Part shown: positions 8,548 to 18,505 of the stretch, piece by piece | How positions within the stretch are numbered: position 1 is the first letter of the stretch | Layout: each line of letters opens with the position of its first letter | DNA from: Candidatus Marinacidobacterium sp. | GTDB taxonomy: Bacteria > Acidobacteriota > Vicinamibacteria > Marinacidobacterales > Marinacidobacteraceae | Direction: 5' to 3' | NCBI GenBank assembly: GCA_965220965.1 | Contig: OZ244852.1 | Location: 1,920,001 to 1,984,000, forward strand | Length of the DNA: 64,000 nucleotides | Position numbers and translations under genes: made by a program | The notes under the pieces: model-generated | What the model was told of the DNA's origin: nothing | The model's database searches: none | Seen by the model: the letters and a program-made list of their open reading frames with translations, nothing else

Positions 8548-9669
8548 TTGATCGCGTTTTTTCAGGATCTGGTGAACTGGGTCTCCGGACCCACGGTTCT
8601 GTTCACGGTGACCACGGTCGGCCTCCTGCTGGCCTTCCGCTTCACCCAGGTGTGGTCGAAGCGCGTCGCCAAGGTGACGTTCGCGGTCATCGCGGTCATC
8701 TACGCGGCGAGCATGTGGAACCCGAACTTCCTGCTGATCGTCGCCAAGCCCGACAACATCCCGATCACGGGAGTCATCTTCCTGGTCCTGTTCTTCACCT
8801 GGTACGCGATGTACCAGGGCCTCGAGAACGACCGGCGAAGCGCTGCGGGGAAGGCGCCGCTCGAGAAGGAAGAGTCGGACAAGGTGTGGGTCTGGCCCGA
8901 CCTGGTCTACACCGAGATGCTCGCGATGGTCCTGCTGAGCGTCGTGCTGCTGGTGTGGTCCATCGTGCTGGCCGCGCCGCTCGAGCAGCCGGCCAACCCC
9001 GCCGACTCGCCGAACCCCTCCAAGGCGCCGTGGTACTTCCTCGGGCTCCAGGAGATGCTGGTCTACTTCGACCCCTGGCTCGCGGGAGTCGTCTTCCCCA
9101 CGCTGATCATCGTGGGGCTCATCGCCATCCCCTACATCGACACGAACCCGAAGGGGAACGGCTACTTCACCTTCAGGGAACGCAAGGCGGAGATCGCGAT
9201 CTTCCTCTACGGCTTCCTGATCCTGTGGTGCCTGCTCGTCATTTCGGGCACGTTCCTGCGCGGTCCGAACTGGAACTTCTTCGGGCCTTACGAGTACTGG
9301 GATGTCCACCGGGTCGAGCCGCTCCTGAACGTGAACGTCTCGGACTTCTTCTGGGTGAAGCTCCTCGGCCGTCCGCTGCCCTCGGGCGGTTTCTTCGCGG
9401 CCCTGCTGCGCGAGTGGCTCGGACTCGTCCTGGTGGGCGCGTACCTGTTCGTCCTGCCCGTCGTGATGTCCTGGCCCAGGGAGAAGCTCCCGCGCGGGTT
9501 CCGGTGGCTCAGCCTCCGGAAGTACTACGACAAGATGGGAGCGACCCGCTTCTACATCGGCGTTTCCCTCTTTCTCCTCATGATGAGCCTGCCGATCAAG
9601 ATGTATCTCCGGTGGGCCTTCAACCTGAAGTACCTCGTGGCGTTCCCCGAGATCTTCTTCAACATCTGA
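8548..9669 (+). CDS. Cytochrome b subunit IV-like (C-terminal) protein with extra TM helices
   Basis: WPDLVYTE, APLEQPANPADSPNPSKAPWYFLGLQE, IPYIDTNP; follows the cyt b N-terminal subunit. Confidence 0.88.
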   Translation: MIAFFQDLVNWVSGPTVLFTVTTVGLLLAFRFTQVWSKRVAKVTFAVIAVIYAASMWNPNFLLIVAKPDNIPITGVIFLVLFFTWYAMYQGLENDRRSAAGKAPLEKEESDKVWVWPDLVYTEMLAMVLLSVVLLVWSIVLAAPLEQPANPADSPNPSKAPWYFLGLQEMLVYFDPWLAGVVFPTLIIVGLIAIPYIDTNPKGNGYFTFRERKAEIAIFLYGFLILWCLLVISGTFLRGPNWNFFGPYEYWDVHRVEPLLNVNVSDFFWVKLLGRPLPSGGFFAALLREWLGLVLVGAYLFVLPVVMSWPREKLPRGFRWLSLRKYYDKMGATRFYIGVSLFLLMMSLPIKMYLRWAFNLKYLVAFPEIFFNI

Positions 9670-9685
9670 CCCGATCGAGTCATCC

Positions 9686-12496
9686 GTGCCCAAAAAAGTC
9701 CTCCCCGGTCACGCCCACGACATAAACCGACTCAACGTCGTCTTCGCCGCCTCGAGCGTCGTCCTGCTCGGTTCGACGCTGTGGATGATCTGGGCCGACT
9801 ACGCCCGGGAGTGGAAGGACTACCAGCGCGAGTTCGTGCAGATGGAGCGCGACCTGACGGTTCGGCAGATGCAGGAGGCTCAGCAGGGGATCGACCAGGC
9901 GGAGTTCCAGCGGGTCACGACCCAGCTTGCGGAAGCCGAGGCCGCCCTCGCCACGAACGAGGAGGCGATCTCCGCGCTGGAAGCGGAAATCGCCGATCTG
10001 GATACCGAGCGGACGCTGGCGGACATCCGGGAGCGCGAGCTCAAGGCGCTCTACGACTCCCAGAAGTTCTTCTTCGAGGAGACCCGCGAGCGGGGCGTTC
10101 CCCTGGGTCGCGCCGTCTCCGAAGAGGAGTTCACGACGCTCGAGGCCAACTTCTTCGAGGCGCGCGATCTCCGGATCGCCTTCGACTTCGACCTCGCCGC
10201 CCGGCGGGCGGATCTGCGGGAAGCGCGGGCGGCCGTCACCGAGCTGGCGGGCGAACGCGAACGCCTCTCGCAGGCGGTCGTCCTCGCGCAGATGAAGCTG
10301 GACTCGATCGCCGACAACTTCCCCAACACGTTCCGCAACCTGCCGATGCTCGACTTCATCGACCCCTCGATCGAGGTGCGGCAGGTGCTGGTGGCGAACG
10401 TTACGGAGGATCTGAACTTCGCCCAGGTTTCGCGCATCGACCGGTGCCAGACCTGTCACCTCGCGATCGACAACCCGGAGTACGTGGACGCTCCCCAGCC
10501 GTTCACGACCCACCCCGACCTGGAGACCTACGTCGCGCGCGATTCAGCGCACCCGGTCGACAACTTCGGCTGCACCTCGTGCCACCTCGGACGCGGCCGC
10601 AAACTGAGCTTCACCGGCGCCACCCACACGCCGGAATCGCTCGAGGAAGAGCACGACTGGGTCGAGGCCTACGGCTGGAAGGAAGACCACTACTGGGACA
10701 GCCCGATGTATCAGGCGGCCCTTACCGAATCGGGTTGCATCAAGTGCCACCGGGACCAGGTCTTCATCCCCCGCGCCCAGCATCTGAACCAGAGCCGGCT
10801 GACCTACGAGCTGGCGGGATGCTGGGGATGCCACAACACCGCCGGCTACGAGGACAAGCGCAACCGCGGACCCTCGCTGGAGAAGATCGCCTCCAAGACG
10901 AACCGCGACTTCGTGACGCGCTGGGTCCGGGATCCCAAGGCCTTCCGGCCGTCGACCTGGATGCCGACGTTCTGGAACCTCGACAACAACCCGGACTCCG
11001 AACTGGCCGCCCGGAACGACACCGAAGTCGCGGCCATCGTCGAGTACGTCTTCGAGAACTCCTCCGAAGGAGCGGACTACGCCGCGCCCCCGGCGGGAAA
11101 CGCCGCCCGCGGCGAGACCCTGCTGAACACCGTCGGCTGTCTTGGCTGCCACCTGGTGGATGAGCAGGACTACGCCGAGGCCAGCATCTACCGTCGTCGC
11201 GGACCGGCCCTCACCGGCGCCGGCTCCAAGCTGGACCCCGGCTTCCTCTACGAGTGGGTCCGGGAGCCCCGGCACTACTGGGACGAGACCTTCATGCCGA
11301 GTCTGCGGCTGACGAACCAGGAAGCCGCCGACATCACCTCCTTCCTGCTCGCGTCCGAGGCGCCCGCGTTCGAGGCGATGGCGGTCCCCGCCGCCGAACC
11401 GGCCGAGCTGGACTCCATCACGCTCGAGTTCCTCCGGACCGGCCTGCCGGACCGGCTCGCCAGGGAGCAGCTCGCCGGGATGTCGGAGCAGGAGAAACTC
11501 CTGTATTCGGGGGAGGGGCTGATCCGCCGCTACGGCTGCTTCGGCTGCCATGACATCGCCGGGTTCGAGAACGCCCAGAAGATCGGCGTGGACCTCTCCA
11601 CCTGGGGCTCCAAGATGGTGACGAGGCTGGACTTCGGCTACGTCGACATCCCGCACACCCGTCAGGCGTGGCTGGAGCAGAAGCTCGCCGAGCCGCGCAG
11701 CTACGACCGGGGCAAGGTCCGGACTCCGGGCGAGAAGCTCCGGATGCCGCAGTTCGGCTTCACCCCCGAGGACAGCCAGCACATCGTCCGCACGGTGCTC
11801 GGCCTGGTGCGGGACGAGTTCCCGATGGATGGCGTCAAGACGCTCTCGGCCGCCGAAGCGGTCGCCGAGGAAGCCCGGGTCCTCATCCACAACTACAACT
11901 GCCGGGGCTGTCACCTGATCGACGGCGAAGGCGGCGGGATCTACGAAACGCTCGAGGACGAGGGCATGCGTCCGCCGAACCTGAACACCCAGGGGCGGCG
12001 CACCCAGGCGGACTGGCTCTACCACTTCCTGCGCGAGCCGGACGAGGTCCGGTTCTGGATGGAGACCCGGATGCCGACGTTCGAGCTCACTCCCGAAGAG
12101 GCGAACACGCTGGTGAGCGGCTTCCTCGCCATGGACGGCGCCCAGCCCTTCGACGTCGAGGGCGAGCGGGTCTACACGCCGGAAGAACTCCGCGTGGGGG
12201 CGGTCCTGCTGGATCAGCTCCAGTGCGAGCGCTGCCATATCGCCTCGGCCGCGGGCACGATGGAAGCCTCCCAGCTCGCCCCGTCGTTCCGGCTGGCGGA
12301 AGAGCGGCTCACCCACGACTGGATCGTGGACTGGCTGGTCGATCCCCAGCACATCACCCCCGGGACCCAGATGCCGCAGTTCTGGCCTGTAGACCAGGAC
12401 GGAACCCGGCTCTCGCCGCTCCCGGACATCCTCGACGGGGACCCGATGGCCCAGATGCGGGCGGTCGCGTCCTACATCATGAAATACGACCGATGA
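9686..12496 (+). CDS. Membrane-anchored octaheme cytochrome c of the bc complex
   Basis: N-terminal TM helix, coiled coil and eight CxxCH motifs (CQTCH, CTSCH, CIKCH, CWGCH, CLGCH, CFGCH, CRGCH, CERCH). Confidence 0.92.
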   Translation: MPKKVLPGHAHDINRLNVVFAASSVVLLGSTLWMIWADYAREWKDYQREFVQMERDLTVRQMQEAQQGIDQAEFQRVTTQLAEAEAALATNEEAISALEAEIADLDTERTLADIRERELKALYDSQKFFFEETRERGVPLGRAVSEEEFTTLEANFFEARDLRIAFDFDLAARRADLREARAAVTELAGERERLSQAVVLAQMKLDSIADNFPNTFRNLPMLDFIDPSIEVRQVLVANVTEDLNFAQVSRIDRCQTCHLAIDNPEYVDAPQPFTTHPDLETYVARDSAHPVDNFGCTSCHLGRGRKLSFTGATHTPESLEEEHDWVEAYGWKEDHYWDSPMYQAALTESGCIKCHRDQVFIPRAQHLNQSRLTYELAGCWGCHNTAGYEDKRNRGPSLEKIASKTNRDFVTRWVRDPKAFRPSTWMPTFWNLDNNPDSELAARNDTEVAAIVEYVFENSSEGADYAAPPAGNAARGETLLNTVGCLGCHLVDEQDYAEASIYRRRGPALTGAGSKLDPGFLYEWVREPRHYWDETFMPSLRLTNQEAADITSFLLASEAPAFEAMAVPAAEPAELDSITLEFLRTGLPDRLAREQLAGMSEQEKLLYSGEGLIRRYGCFGCHDIAGFENAQKIGVDLSTWGSKMVTRLDFGYVDIPHTRQAWLEQKLAEPRSYDRGKVRTPGEKLRMPQFGFTPEDSQHIVRTVLGLVRDEFPMDGVKTLSAAEAVAEEARVLIHNYNCRGCHLIDGEGGGIYETLEDEGMRPPNLNTQGRRTQADWLYHFLREPDEVRFWMETRMPTFELTPEEANTLVSGFLAMDGAQPFDVEGERVYTPEELRVGAVLLDQLQCERCHIASAAGTMEASQLAPSFRLAEERLTHDWIVDWLVDPQHITPGTQMPQFWPVDQDGTRLSPLPDILDGDPMAQMRAVASYIMKYDR

Positions 12497-12609
12497 GCGT
12501 CCCGCATCACCGGGACGCCCCCGTCGGTCCGTCGGCCGGCGCGCCGGTCGGCGAACGATGACCGCCCCCGCCCTCCGGGATCCGGGCGCGGCGCTCCAGG
12601 AGACTCCGC

Positions 12610-13431
12610 ATGGCCGATGAACCGAGCGTGAAGCGGGGCGGCTTCGAGGGAGCCGCCATGGGGATCGTCATCTGGGCGATCGTCCTGCTCTCGGTGATCT
12701 TCTTCCTGCGCTACGGAGTGCCCGAGCTGGCTTCCGACCGGGACTACCTGGACACGCTCTACTACGTGATCCTCGGGATCACCGGAGCGGCCTACATCCT
12801 CTACCAGCTCGCCCTCGGGCTGGTGATCTACCGCTACCGGGGCGACCGGCCGGGCGCCACGTGGAGCCACTGGCACGAGAGCCACAAGCTCGAGCTCGCC
12901 TGGACGCTGGGAACCGCCGTGATCCTGATCCCGGTGGTGTTCACCGGGCTCGCCTACTGGGACCGGGTCAAGGGCCCGGCGCCGGAGGGCGCCGTCACGG
13001 TGATGGCCGTGGGTGCGCAGTTCCAGTGGGACTTCCAGTACCCCGGCGAGGACGGCGCCTTCGGCCGGTACGACCCGCAGCTCTACGCGATCGACAACCA
13101 GATCGGTCTGGACGAGAGCGACCCGGCGGCGGCCGATGACTGGGTGCTGACGAATCAGCTCGTGCTCCCGGTCGGTCAGCCGGCGCGCATCATGATGCGG
13201 TCCAAGGACGTGCAGCACGCGTTCTTCCTTCCCAACTTCCGCGTGAAGCAGGATCTGGTCCCCGGGATGATGACCGAGGTCTGGTTCACTCCGGTCAAGA
13301 CCGGCAGTTACGAAATCGCGTGCGCCGAGCTCTGCGGACTCGGGCACTACCGCATGCGGGCCTTCCTCGAGGTGATGGAGGAAGCCGACTACCAGGAGTG
13401 GTGGGCGGCCAACGCGCCCGCCGCGCCCTGA
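12610..13431 (+). CDS. coxB: Cytochrome c oxidase subunit II
   Basis: LELAWT, QFQWDFQY, SKDVQHAF and CuA motif CAELCGLGHYRM. Confidence 0.96.
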   Translation: MADEPSVKRGGFEGAAMGIVIWAIVLLSVIFFLRYGVPELASDRDYLDTLYYVILGITGAAYILYQLALGLVIYRYRGDRPGATWSHWHESHKLELAWTLGTAVILIPVVFTGLAYWDRVKGPAPEGAVTVMAVGAQFQWDFQYPGEDGAFGRYDPQLYAIDNQIGLDESDPAAADDWVLTNQLVLPVGQPARIMMRSKDVQHAFFLPNFRVKQDLVPGMMTEVWFTPVKTGSYEIACAELCGLGHYRMRAFLEVMEEADYQEWWAANAPAAP

Positions 13432-13511
13432 CGAACGCCTGAGCGCCGCTCAGGACATCCCCCCCGGAAGCAACACCGAAGACCCCACCCGGACCGAACG
13501 GAGAGACACGG

Positions 13512-15236
13512 ATGGCTCACGCCAAAGAGAGCTTCATCAGCAAGTACGTCTTCAGCTTCGATCACAAGATGATCGGCAAGCAGTACTTCACGCTGGCCAT
13601 GATCATGGGGTTCATCGGCGGGATCCTCGCCGTCCTGATCCGCCTTCAGCTCGGGTTCCCCTCGAAGCCCTGGCCGTTCCTCGAGAACCTGTTCCCGGTG
13701 GGGATGGCCAGCGGGATCATGACCCCCGAGTTCTACGTGTCGTTGTTCACCATGCACGGCACGATCATGGTCTTCTTCCTGCTCTCGCTGCTGCCCGTCA
13801 GCGGCTTCGGCAACTTCCTGATCCCCCTGCAGATCGGCGCGCGGGACATGGCGTTCCCGTTCCTGAACATGCTCTCCTTCTGGACGGTGGTTCCGGGGGC
13901 GATCATCATCATCATCTCCTTCTTCGTGGAAGGCGGCGCCGCCGCCTCCGGGTGGACCGCCTACCCGCCGCTGTCGGCGATCCGCAGCGCGATTCCCGGC
14001 TCCGGCGCCGGGCAGACGCTGTGGCTCATCGGGATGGTCTTCTTCGTGGCTTCGTTCACGATGGGGGGCCTCAACTTCGTCGTCACGATCCTGAACCTGC
14101 GCACCAGGGGGCTCCGGATGATGCGGATGCCCCTGACCACCTGGGCGCAGTTCGTGGTCGGCATCCTGGGTCTGCTGTCGTTCCCGGCGCTCGCCGCCGG
14201 CGCCCTCCTGCTGCTGTTCGACCGGTCGCTGGGCACCAGCTTCTTCCTCCCCGCCGGGATCTTCATCGGCGACACGCTGATGCCGCACGAGGGCGGAACG
14301 CCGCTCCTCTGGCAGCACCTCTTCTGGTTCCTCGGCCACCCCGAGGTCTACATCATCATGTTGCCGGCGATGGGGTTCACCTCGGACATCCTCGCCACGT
14401 TCTGCCGCCGGCCGATCTTCGGTTACCGCTCGATGGTCTACGCCATCATGGCGATCGGCGGCCTCAGCTTCCTGGTCTGGGGCCACCACATGTTCGTGAG
14501 CGGCATGAGCCCCTTCCTCGGCAGCCTGTTCGTGGTGACGACGCTCGCGATCGCGGTCCCGTCGGCGGTCAAGGCCTTCAACTGGCTGTTCACGATCGTG
14601 CGGGCGCGGATCCGCTTCACGACCGCCGCGCTCTTCGGGCTGGGCGTCGTGTCGCTGTTCGTGACCGGCGGCCTGACCGGAATCTTCCTCGGCACGAACG
14701 CCACGGACATCCAGCTCCACGACACCTACTTCGTGGTGGGGCACTTCCACTTCATCATGGCGGGGGCCGGCCTGTTCGGGGCCTTCGCGGCCGTCTATTT
14801 CTGGTACCCCAAGATGTTCGGCCGGCTGCTCAGCGAGCGGCTCGGGAAGATCCACTTCTGGATCACTTTCGTCGCCTACTACGCGGTCTTCTTCCCGATG
14901 CACTACCTGGGCGTGTCGGGAATGATGCGGCGGATCTATGACCCGAACGTCTACGAGTACCTCCAGCCGCTGCAGCCGGTGAACCTGTTCATCACGATCG
15001 CCGCGTTCGTGCTCTTCGCCGGCCAGTTGCTGTTCCTCTGGAACTACTTCGCGAGCATGCGCAGCGGACGCGAGGCCAGCGGGAACCCGTGGGATTCCGC
15101 CGGACTCGAGTGGTCGACCCCGGCGAAGCCCGGACACGGCAACTGGGAAGGCGAGATCCCCGAGGTCCACCGCTGGCCCTACGAATACAGCCGGCCCGGC
15201 GGCAAGCGCGATTTCGTCACCCAGTGGGAGAACTGA
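13512..15236 (+). CDS. coxA: Cytochrome c oxidase subunit I (family A1)
   Basis: DHKMIG, TMHGTIM, GARDMAFPFLN, WFLGHPEVY, WGHHM and HDTYFVVGHFH motifs. Confidence 0.97.
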   Translation: MAHAKESFISKYVFSFDHKMIGKQYFTLAMIMGFIGGILAVLIRLQLGFPSKPWPFLENLFPVGMASGIMTPEFYVSLFTMHGTIMVFFLLSLLPVSGFGNFLIPLQIGARDMAFPFLNMLSFWTVVPGAIIIIISFFVEGGAAASGWTAYPPLSAIRSAIPGSGAGQTLWLIGMVFFVASFTMGGLNFVVTILNLRTRGLRMMRMPLTTWAQFVVGILGLLSFPALAAGALLLLFDRSLGTSFFLPAGIFIGDTLMPHEGGTPLLWQHLFWFLGHPEVYIIMLPAMGFTSDILATFCRRPIFGYRSMVYAIMAIGGLSFLVWGHHMFVSGMSPFLGSLFVVTTLAIAVPSAVKAFNWLFTIVRARIRFTTAALFGLGVVSLFVTGGLTGIFLGTNATDIQLHDTYFVVGHFHFIMAGAGLFGAFAAVYFWYPKMFGRLLSERLGKIHFWITFVAYYAVFFPMHYLGVSGMMRRIYDPNVYEYLQPLQPVNLFITIAAFVLFAGQLLFLWNYFASMRSGREASGNPWDSAGLEWSTPAKPGHGNWEGEIPEVHRWPYEYSRPGGKRDFVTQWEN

Positions 15237-15281
15237 GCTTCCGGTGACCGGGACGAAGGAAGCGCTGGAGCAGTGCGCGGC

Positions 15282-15869
15282 ATGAACGCCCTTGCGCCCG
15301 GCGCCGCCGCCTCAACCGAGACCGGCGCGGATCGCCGGCAGGTGAACCGGCTGGGCCTGCTGGTCGGGCTCGGCGGCATCACGATGCTGTTCGCCGCCTT
15401 CACCTCCGCCTACATCGTGCGGAGCGGGGGCAGCGACTGGGCGCCGCTCGAACTGCCCCCGATCCTCTGGCTGAACACGCTGCTGATCGTGGCGAGTTCG
15501 GGAACGCTGGAGGCCGCGCGGCGGTCGTTCGCCGCCGGCCGCCTGCCCTCGTTCCGGTCGTGGAGCGCGGCGACGGCCGCCCTCGGGACCGGCTTTCTGG
15601 CCGGGCAGTACGCCGGCTGGCTCCAGTTGAACGAAGCCGGCGTGTTCCTTCAGAGCCATCCGAAGAGCAGCTTCTTCTTCGTTCTCACCGGCGTCCACGG
15701 CGTCCACCTGGTCGCCGGAGTCATCGCGCTGCTCGTGCTGTTCGGCCTGGCGGCGGCCGGAAGACTGGTCCCGGGGCGGAGCGACGCCCCGGCGCTGACC
15801 GCCATCTACTGGCATTTCACCGGCGGCCTGTGGGTCTACCTGCTGGCCGTCCTTTCCCTGCTTGGCTGA
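15282..15869 (+). CDS. Cytochrome c oxidase subunit III-like protein (first of two)
   Basis: MLFAAFTSAY, NTLLIVASS, FFVLTGVHGVHL and YWHF motifs; alternative GTG at 15273. Confidence 0.88.
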   Translation: MNALAPGAAASTETGADRRQVNRLGLLVGLGGITMLFAAFTSAYIVRSGGSDWAPLELPPILWLNTLLIVASSGTLEAARRSFAAGRLPSFRSWSAATAALGTGFLAGQYAGWLQLNEAGVFLQSHPKSSFFFVLTGVHGVHLVAGVIALLVLFGLAAAGRLVPGRSDAPALTAIYWHFTGGLWVYLLAVLSLLG

Positions 15870-15920
15870 CCCAATGCGGCTGTTGACAGGATCCACGGCG
15901 GGAACCACGAGGAGGAGCCC

Positions 15921-16526
15921 ATGAGCCAGACCGCGATCGCCCAGGCGGACTGGGGCGGCGGCGCCAGTCCGTTCGGCGTGACGTGGCAGAAGATGATGAT
16001 GTGGTTCTTCATCGTCACCGACGCGCTGCTGTTCGCCGGCCTCCTCGTCAGCTATGGCGTCGTGCGGATCGCGACGGGAAGCTGGCCCGCGCAGTCCGAA
16101 GTCTTCAGCCTGACTTACATCGCCATCATGACGTTCGTGCTGATCACCTCGTCGGCGACCATGGCGTGCGCCGTCAAGGCGGCCGAGCTGGAGCGTCCGG
16201 CGATCGCCGCCCGGTGGCTGTGGCTCACGATCGTGGGCGGCTTCGGCTTCCTCGGCATGCAGGCGTACGAATGGACGGTCTTCATCCAGGACGGCGGCGG
16301 GATCACCGCCAATCCCTGGGGCGCCCCGGTGTTCAGCCAGTTCTTCTTCGTGATCACCGGCTTCCACGGATTCCACGTCCTGACCGGCGTCACGATTCTG
16401 CTGGTGGTCGCGATCCGGGCGGCCATGGGGAAATACTCTGCGGCCGGCATCGAGAACGCCGGCCTCTACTGGCACTTCGTGGACCTGGTCTGGGTCTTCG
16501 TCTTCGCCCTCTTCTACCTGGTGTAG
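15921..16526 (+). CDS. coxC: Cytochrome c oxidase subunit III
   Basis: KMMMWFFIVTD, TFVLITSS, QAYEW, FFVITGFHGFHV and GLYWHFVDLVWVF motifs. Confidence 0.93.
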   Translation: MSQTAIAQADWGGGASPFGVTWQKMMMWFFIVTDALLFAGLLVSYGVVRIATGSWPAQSEVFSLTYIAIMTFVLITSSATMACAVKAAELERPAIAARWLWLTIVGGFGFLGMQAYEWTVFIQDGGGITANPWGAPVFSQFFFVITGFHGFHVLTGVTILLVVAIRAAMGKYSAAGIENAGLYWHFVDLVWVFVFALFYLV

Positions 16527-16530
16527 CCCC

Positions 16531-16833
16531 ATGTCGAGCGACGCCCACCCCTACCGCTTCTACTGGATCCTCTGGGTCGTGCTCCTGAGCGTCACCCTGC
16601 TCATGATCGCCATCGAAGGCGCTTCCCTGCCGGCGGCCCTCGCGGTCGTGCTGCTCCTGTTCGGATCGGCGATCAAGGCCACCCTGATCATCTTCTACTA
16701 CATGCACCTGAAGTTCGAGCACATGGCGCTCATCCTGACGGTCCTCACCGGGCTCTTCGTGACGAGCATCCTCATGTTCGTGCTCCCGGCCTACGACGGC
16801 TTCCACATGCTGGCGAGCGCCGTCGGTTCCTGA
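16531..16833 (+). CDS. Cytochrome c oxidase subunit IV family protein
   Basis: Three TM helices with KATLIIFYYMHLKFE. Confidence 0.88.
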   Translation: MSSDAHPYRFYWILWVVLLSVTLLMIAIEGASLPAALAVVLLLFGSAIKATLIIFYYMHLKFEHMALILTVLTGLFVTSILMFVLPAYDGFHMLASAVGS

Positions 16834-16837
16834 CCCG

Positions 16838-17155
16838 GTGTCCACCTCCTCGTTCTCTCTGCGCGCCGCGGCGCTCCTCGGCGTCGTCGCAGCGATCCAG
16901 GGGATCGCGCCCGATGTCGCCACCGCCCAGTGCTCGATGTGCGTGACCGCGCTCGAGCAGAACCCGGAGGCGGCGGCCGGCTTCAACCGGGCGATCCTGT
17001 TCCTGCTGGCCATGCCCTACGCCGTCTTCGGCTCGCTGGCGGGGTACGTCGTGCTCTCCCGCCGTCGGCGGGCGGCGCGCAGCCAGCCGGAAGCGGCCGC
17101 CAGGCCGGCGGGGGCCCAGGCCCTTCCGGACGGGGCTCTCCCCGAAGCGACCTGA
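16838..17155 (+). CDS. Small exported/membrane protein with AQCSMC motif
   Basis: Signal-like N-terminus ending ATA-QCSMC, then a TM helix (GFNRAILFLLAMPY); last gene of the oxidase operon. Confidence 0.7.
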   Translation: MSTSSFSLRAAALLGVVAAIQGIAPDVATAQCSMCVTALEQNPEAAAGFNRAILFLLAMPYAVFGSLAGYVVLSRRRRAARSQPEAAARPAGAQALPDGALPEAT

Positions 17156-17198
17156 GCCGGCGGCGCTGAGCCGCCCCGGGGCGGCCCCGCCCGACGCC

Positions 17199-18221
17199 CT
17201 ACTCGTCGGTCCGCAGCGCGTAGTAGCCGTTCCGGGTGCGCGCCGTAAGGCCGTCGCGGCCCCGGACGCGGACCCGCACCTCGCGCCAGGAGCCGTCGCG
17301 CTCGGCGTTGCTCGGGACGTAGGCCAGCCGGTACTGCGCGTGGAGGTCCTCTTCGATCTGCCGGAAGCTGCCGATCAGATCCCCGGTTCGCTCGGGAAAG
17401 AGCGCCTGCCCCCCGGTCTCCGAGGTCAGCCGCCGGAGGAAGCGCTTGTTCACCCGCGCGCCGTTCCCTTCGAATCCGATGGCGTAGACCACCGCATCGG
17501 TCATCCGCGCCGCCTCGATGGCGTCGCCGGCGCTCAACTCGCTGCCGAAGCCCATGGCCCGGGAGTCATCGCCGTCGGTGAAGATCAGGAGCGCCTTCCG
17601 ATCCCCGTCCGCGAAGTGCAGGCGCTCGAGCGCCATGATCGACGCGTCATACAGGGCGGTCGGACCGAGGGGGTTGAGCGCCAGTATGCTGGACGTCAGC
17701 CGACGACGGTCTTCGGTGAACTCGGAACTGAACCGGACGCGGTCGTTGAACTCGCCGATCATGGCGCGGTCGCCTTCCCACAGCCGGTCCACGAAGGTCG
17801 CCGCCGCCTCCTTCACGTAGTCGAGGCTCGCCCGCATGCTCAGCGAGGCGTCGAGGAGCACGATGAGCGTGAGAGGGGCGGCTTCGGCGGCGAAGAAGGT
17901 GAGCTCCTGCCGCGCCCCATCCTCGAAGACCTCGAAGTCGGAAGCCTCGAGCCCGGAGACGAAGCGCCCCCGGTCGTCCGTCACCGAGACGCCCAGGCTG
18001 ACAGCCCCGACCTGCACCTGGATGCGGAAGGGATCCTGCCCCTCCTGGCCCGCCGCGGGCATCGCAACGAGGGCCGCGATCACGGCGCCGGCGAACGCCG
18101 CCACCCCGCTCCGCGGGACCGCCGGCCGCCTCGGGGTCGGCCCGCATCCATGAGAAGGCGTCAGGTCTCGATCATCCACAGTGGCTGGCTCCGTGCTCGT
18201 TCGGCGGGGCGGAGCAGACAT
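17199..18221 (-). CDS. VWA domain protein (VWFA-related, acidobacterial type)
   Basis: VSVTDDRGRFVSGL..DFEVFEDG, MIDAS DASLS, TALYDA, FTDGDD, L..ETGG and QYRLAY..RDG.WR...V..R.GYYA; start uncertain. Confidence 0.88.
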   Translation of the reverse strand: MSAPPRRTSTEPATVDDRDLTPSHGCGPTPRRPAVPRSGVAAFAGAVIAALVAMPAAGQEGQDPFRIQVQVGAVSLGVSVTDDRGRFVSGLEASDFEVFEDGARQELTFFAAEAAPLTLIVLLDASLSMRASLDYVKEAAATFVDRLWEGDRAMIGEFNDRVRFSSEFTEDRRRLTSSILALNPLGPTALYDASIMALERLHFADGDRKALLIFTDGDDSRAMGFGSELSAGDAIEAARMTDAVVYAIGFEGNGARVNKRFLRRLTSETGGQALFPERTGDLIGSFRQIEEDLHAQYRLAYVPSNAERDGSWREVRVRVRGRDGLTARTRNGYYALRTDE

Positions 18222-18505
18222 TGTGCCGGCTTCCCGCGCCGTGGCGCCACCCCCCGGGGCGCAGACCGTCGCACGCAAGATCCCGGCCACCGGCGCCCCT
18301 CGCCCGCCCGGTTTGCCCCGTTCGCCGCGCCGTCCTAAAATTCGTGGCTCCGGGGGCGTCATCGCCCCTGTGCGACCGCGCTCCGCCGCATCCGGTCCGG
18401 GCCCTGAAGCCGCGGTGCGGCGCTGGTTCCATCTGTCCGGGCGGCGGACCGCCCGAGTTTCATTCCCTCCCCCAGATCCCCCACGGAGGTTCCATCTCAG
18501 TCACC

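Noticed and set aside
15282-16526. Two subunit III genes as a novel duplication
   Set aside because: Paired subunit III-like genes are a known arrangement in several A-family oxidase operons.
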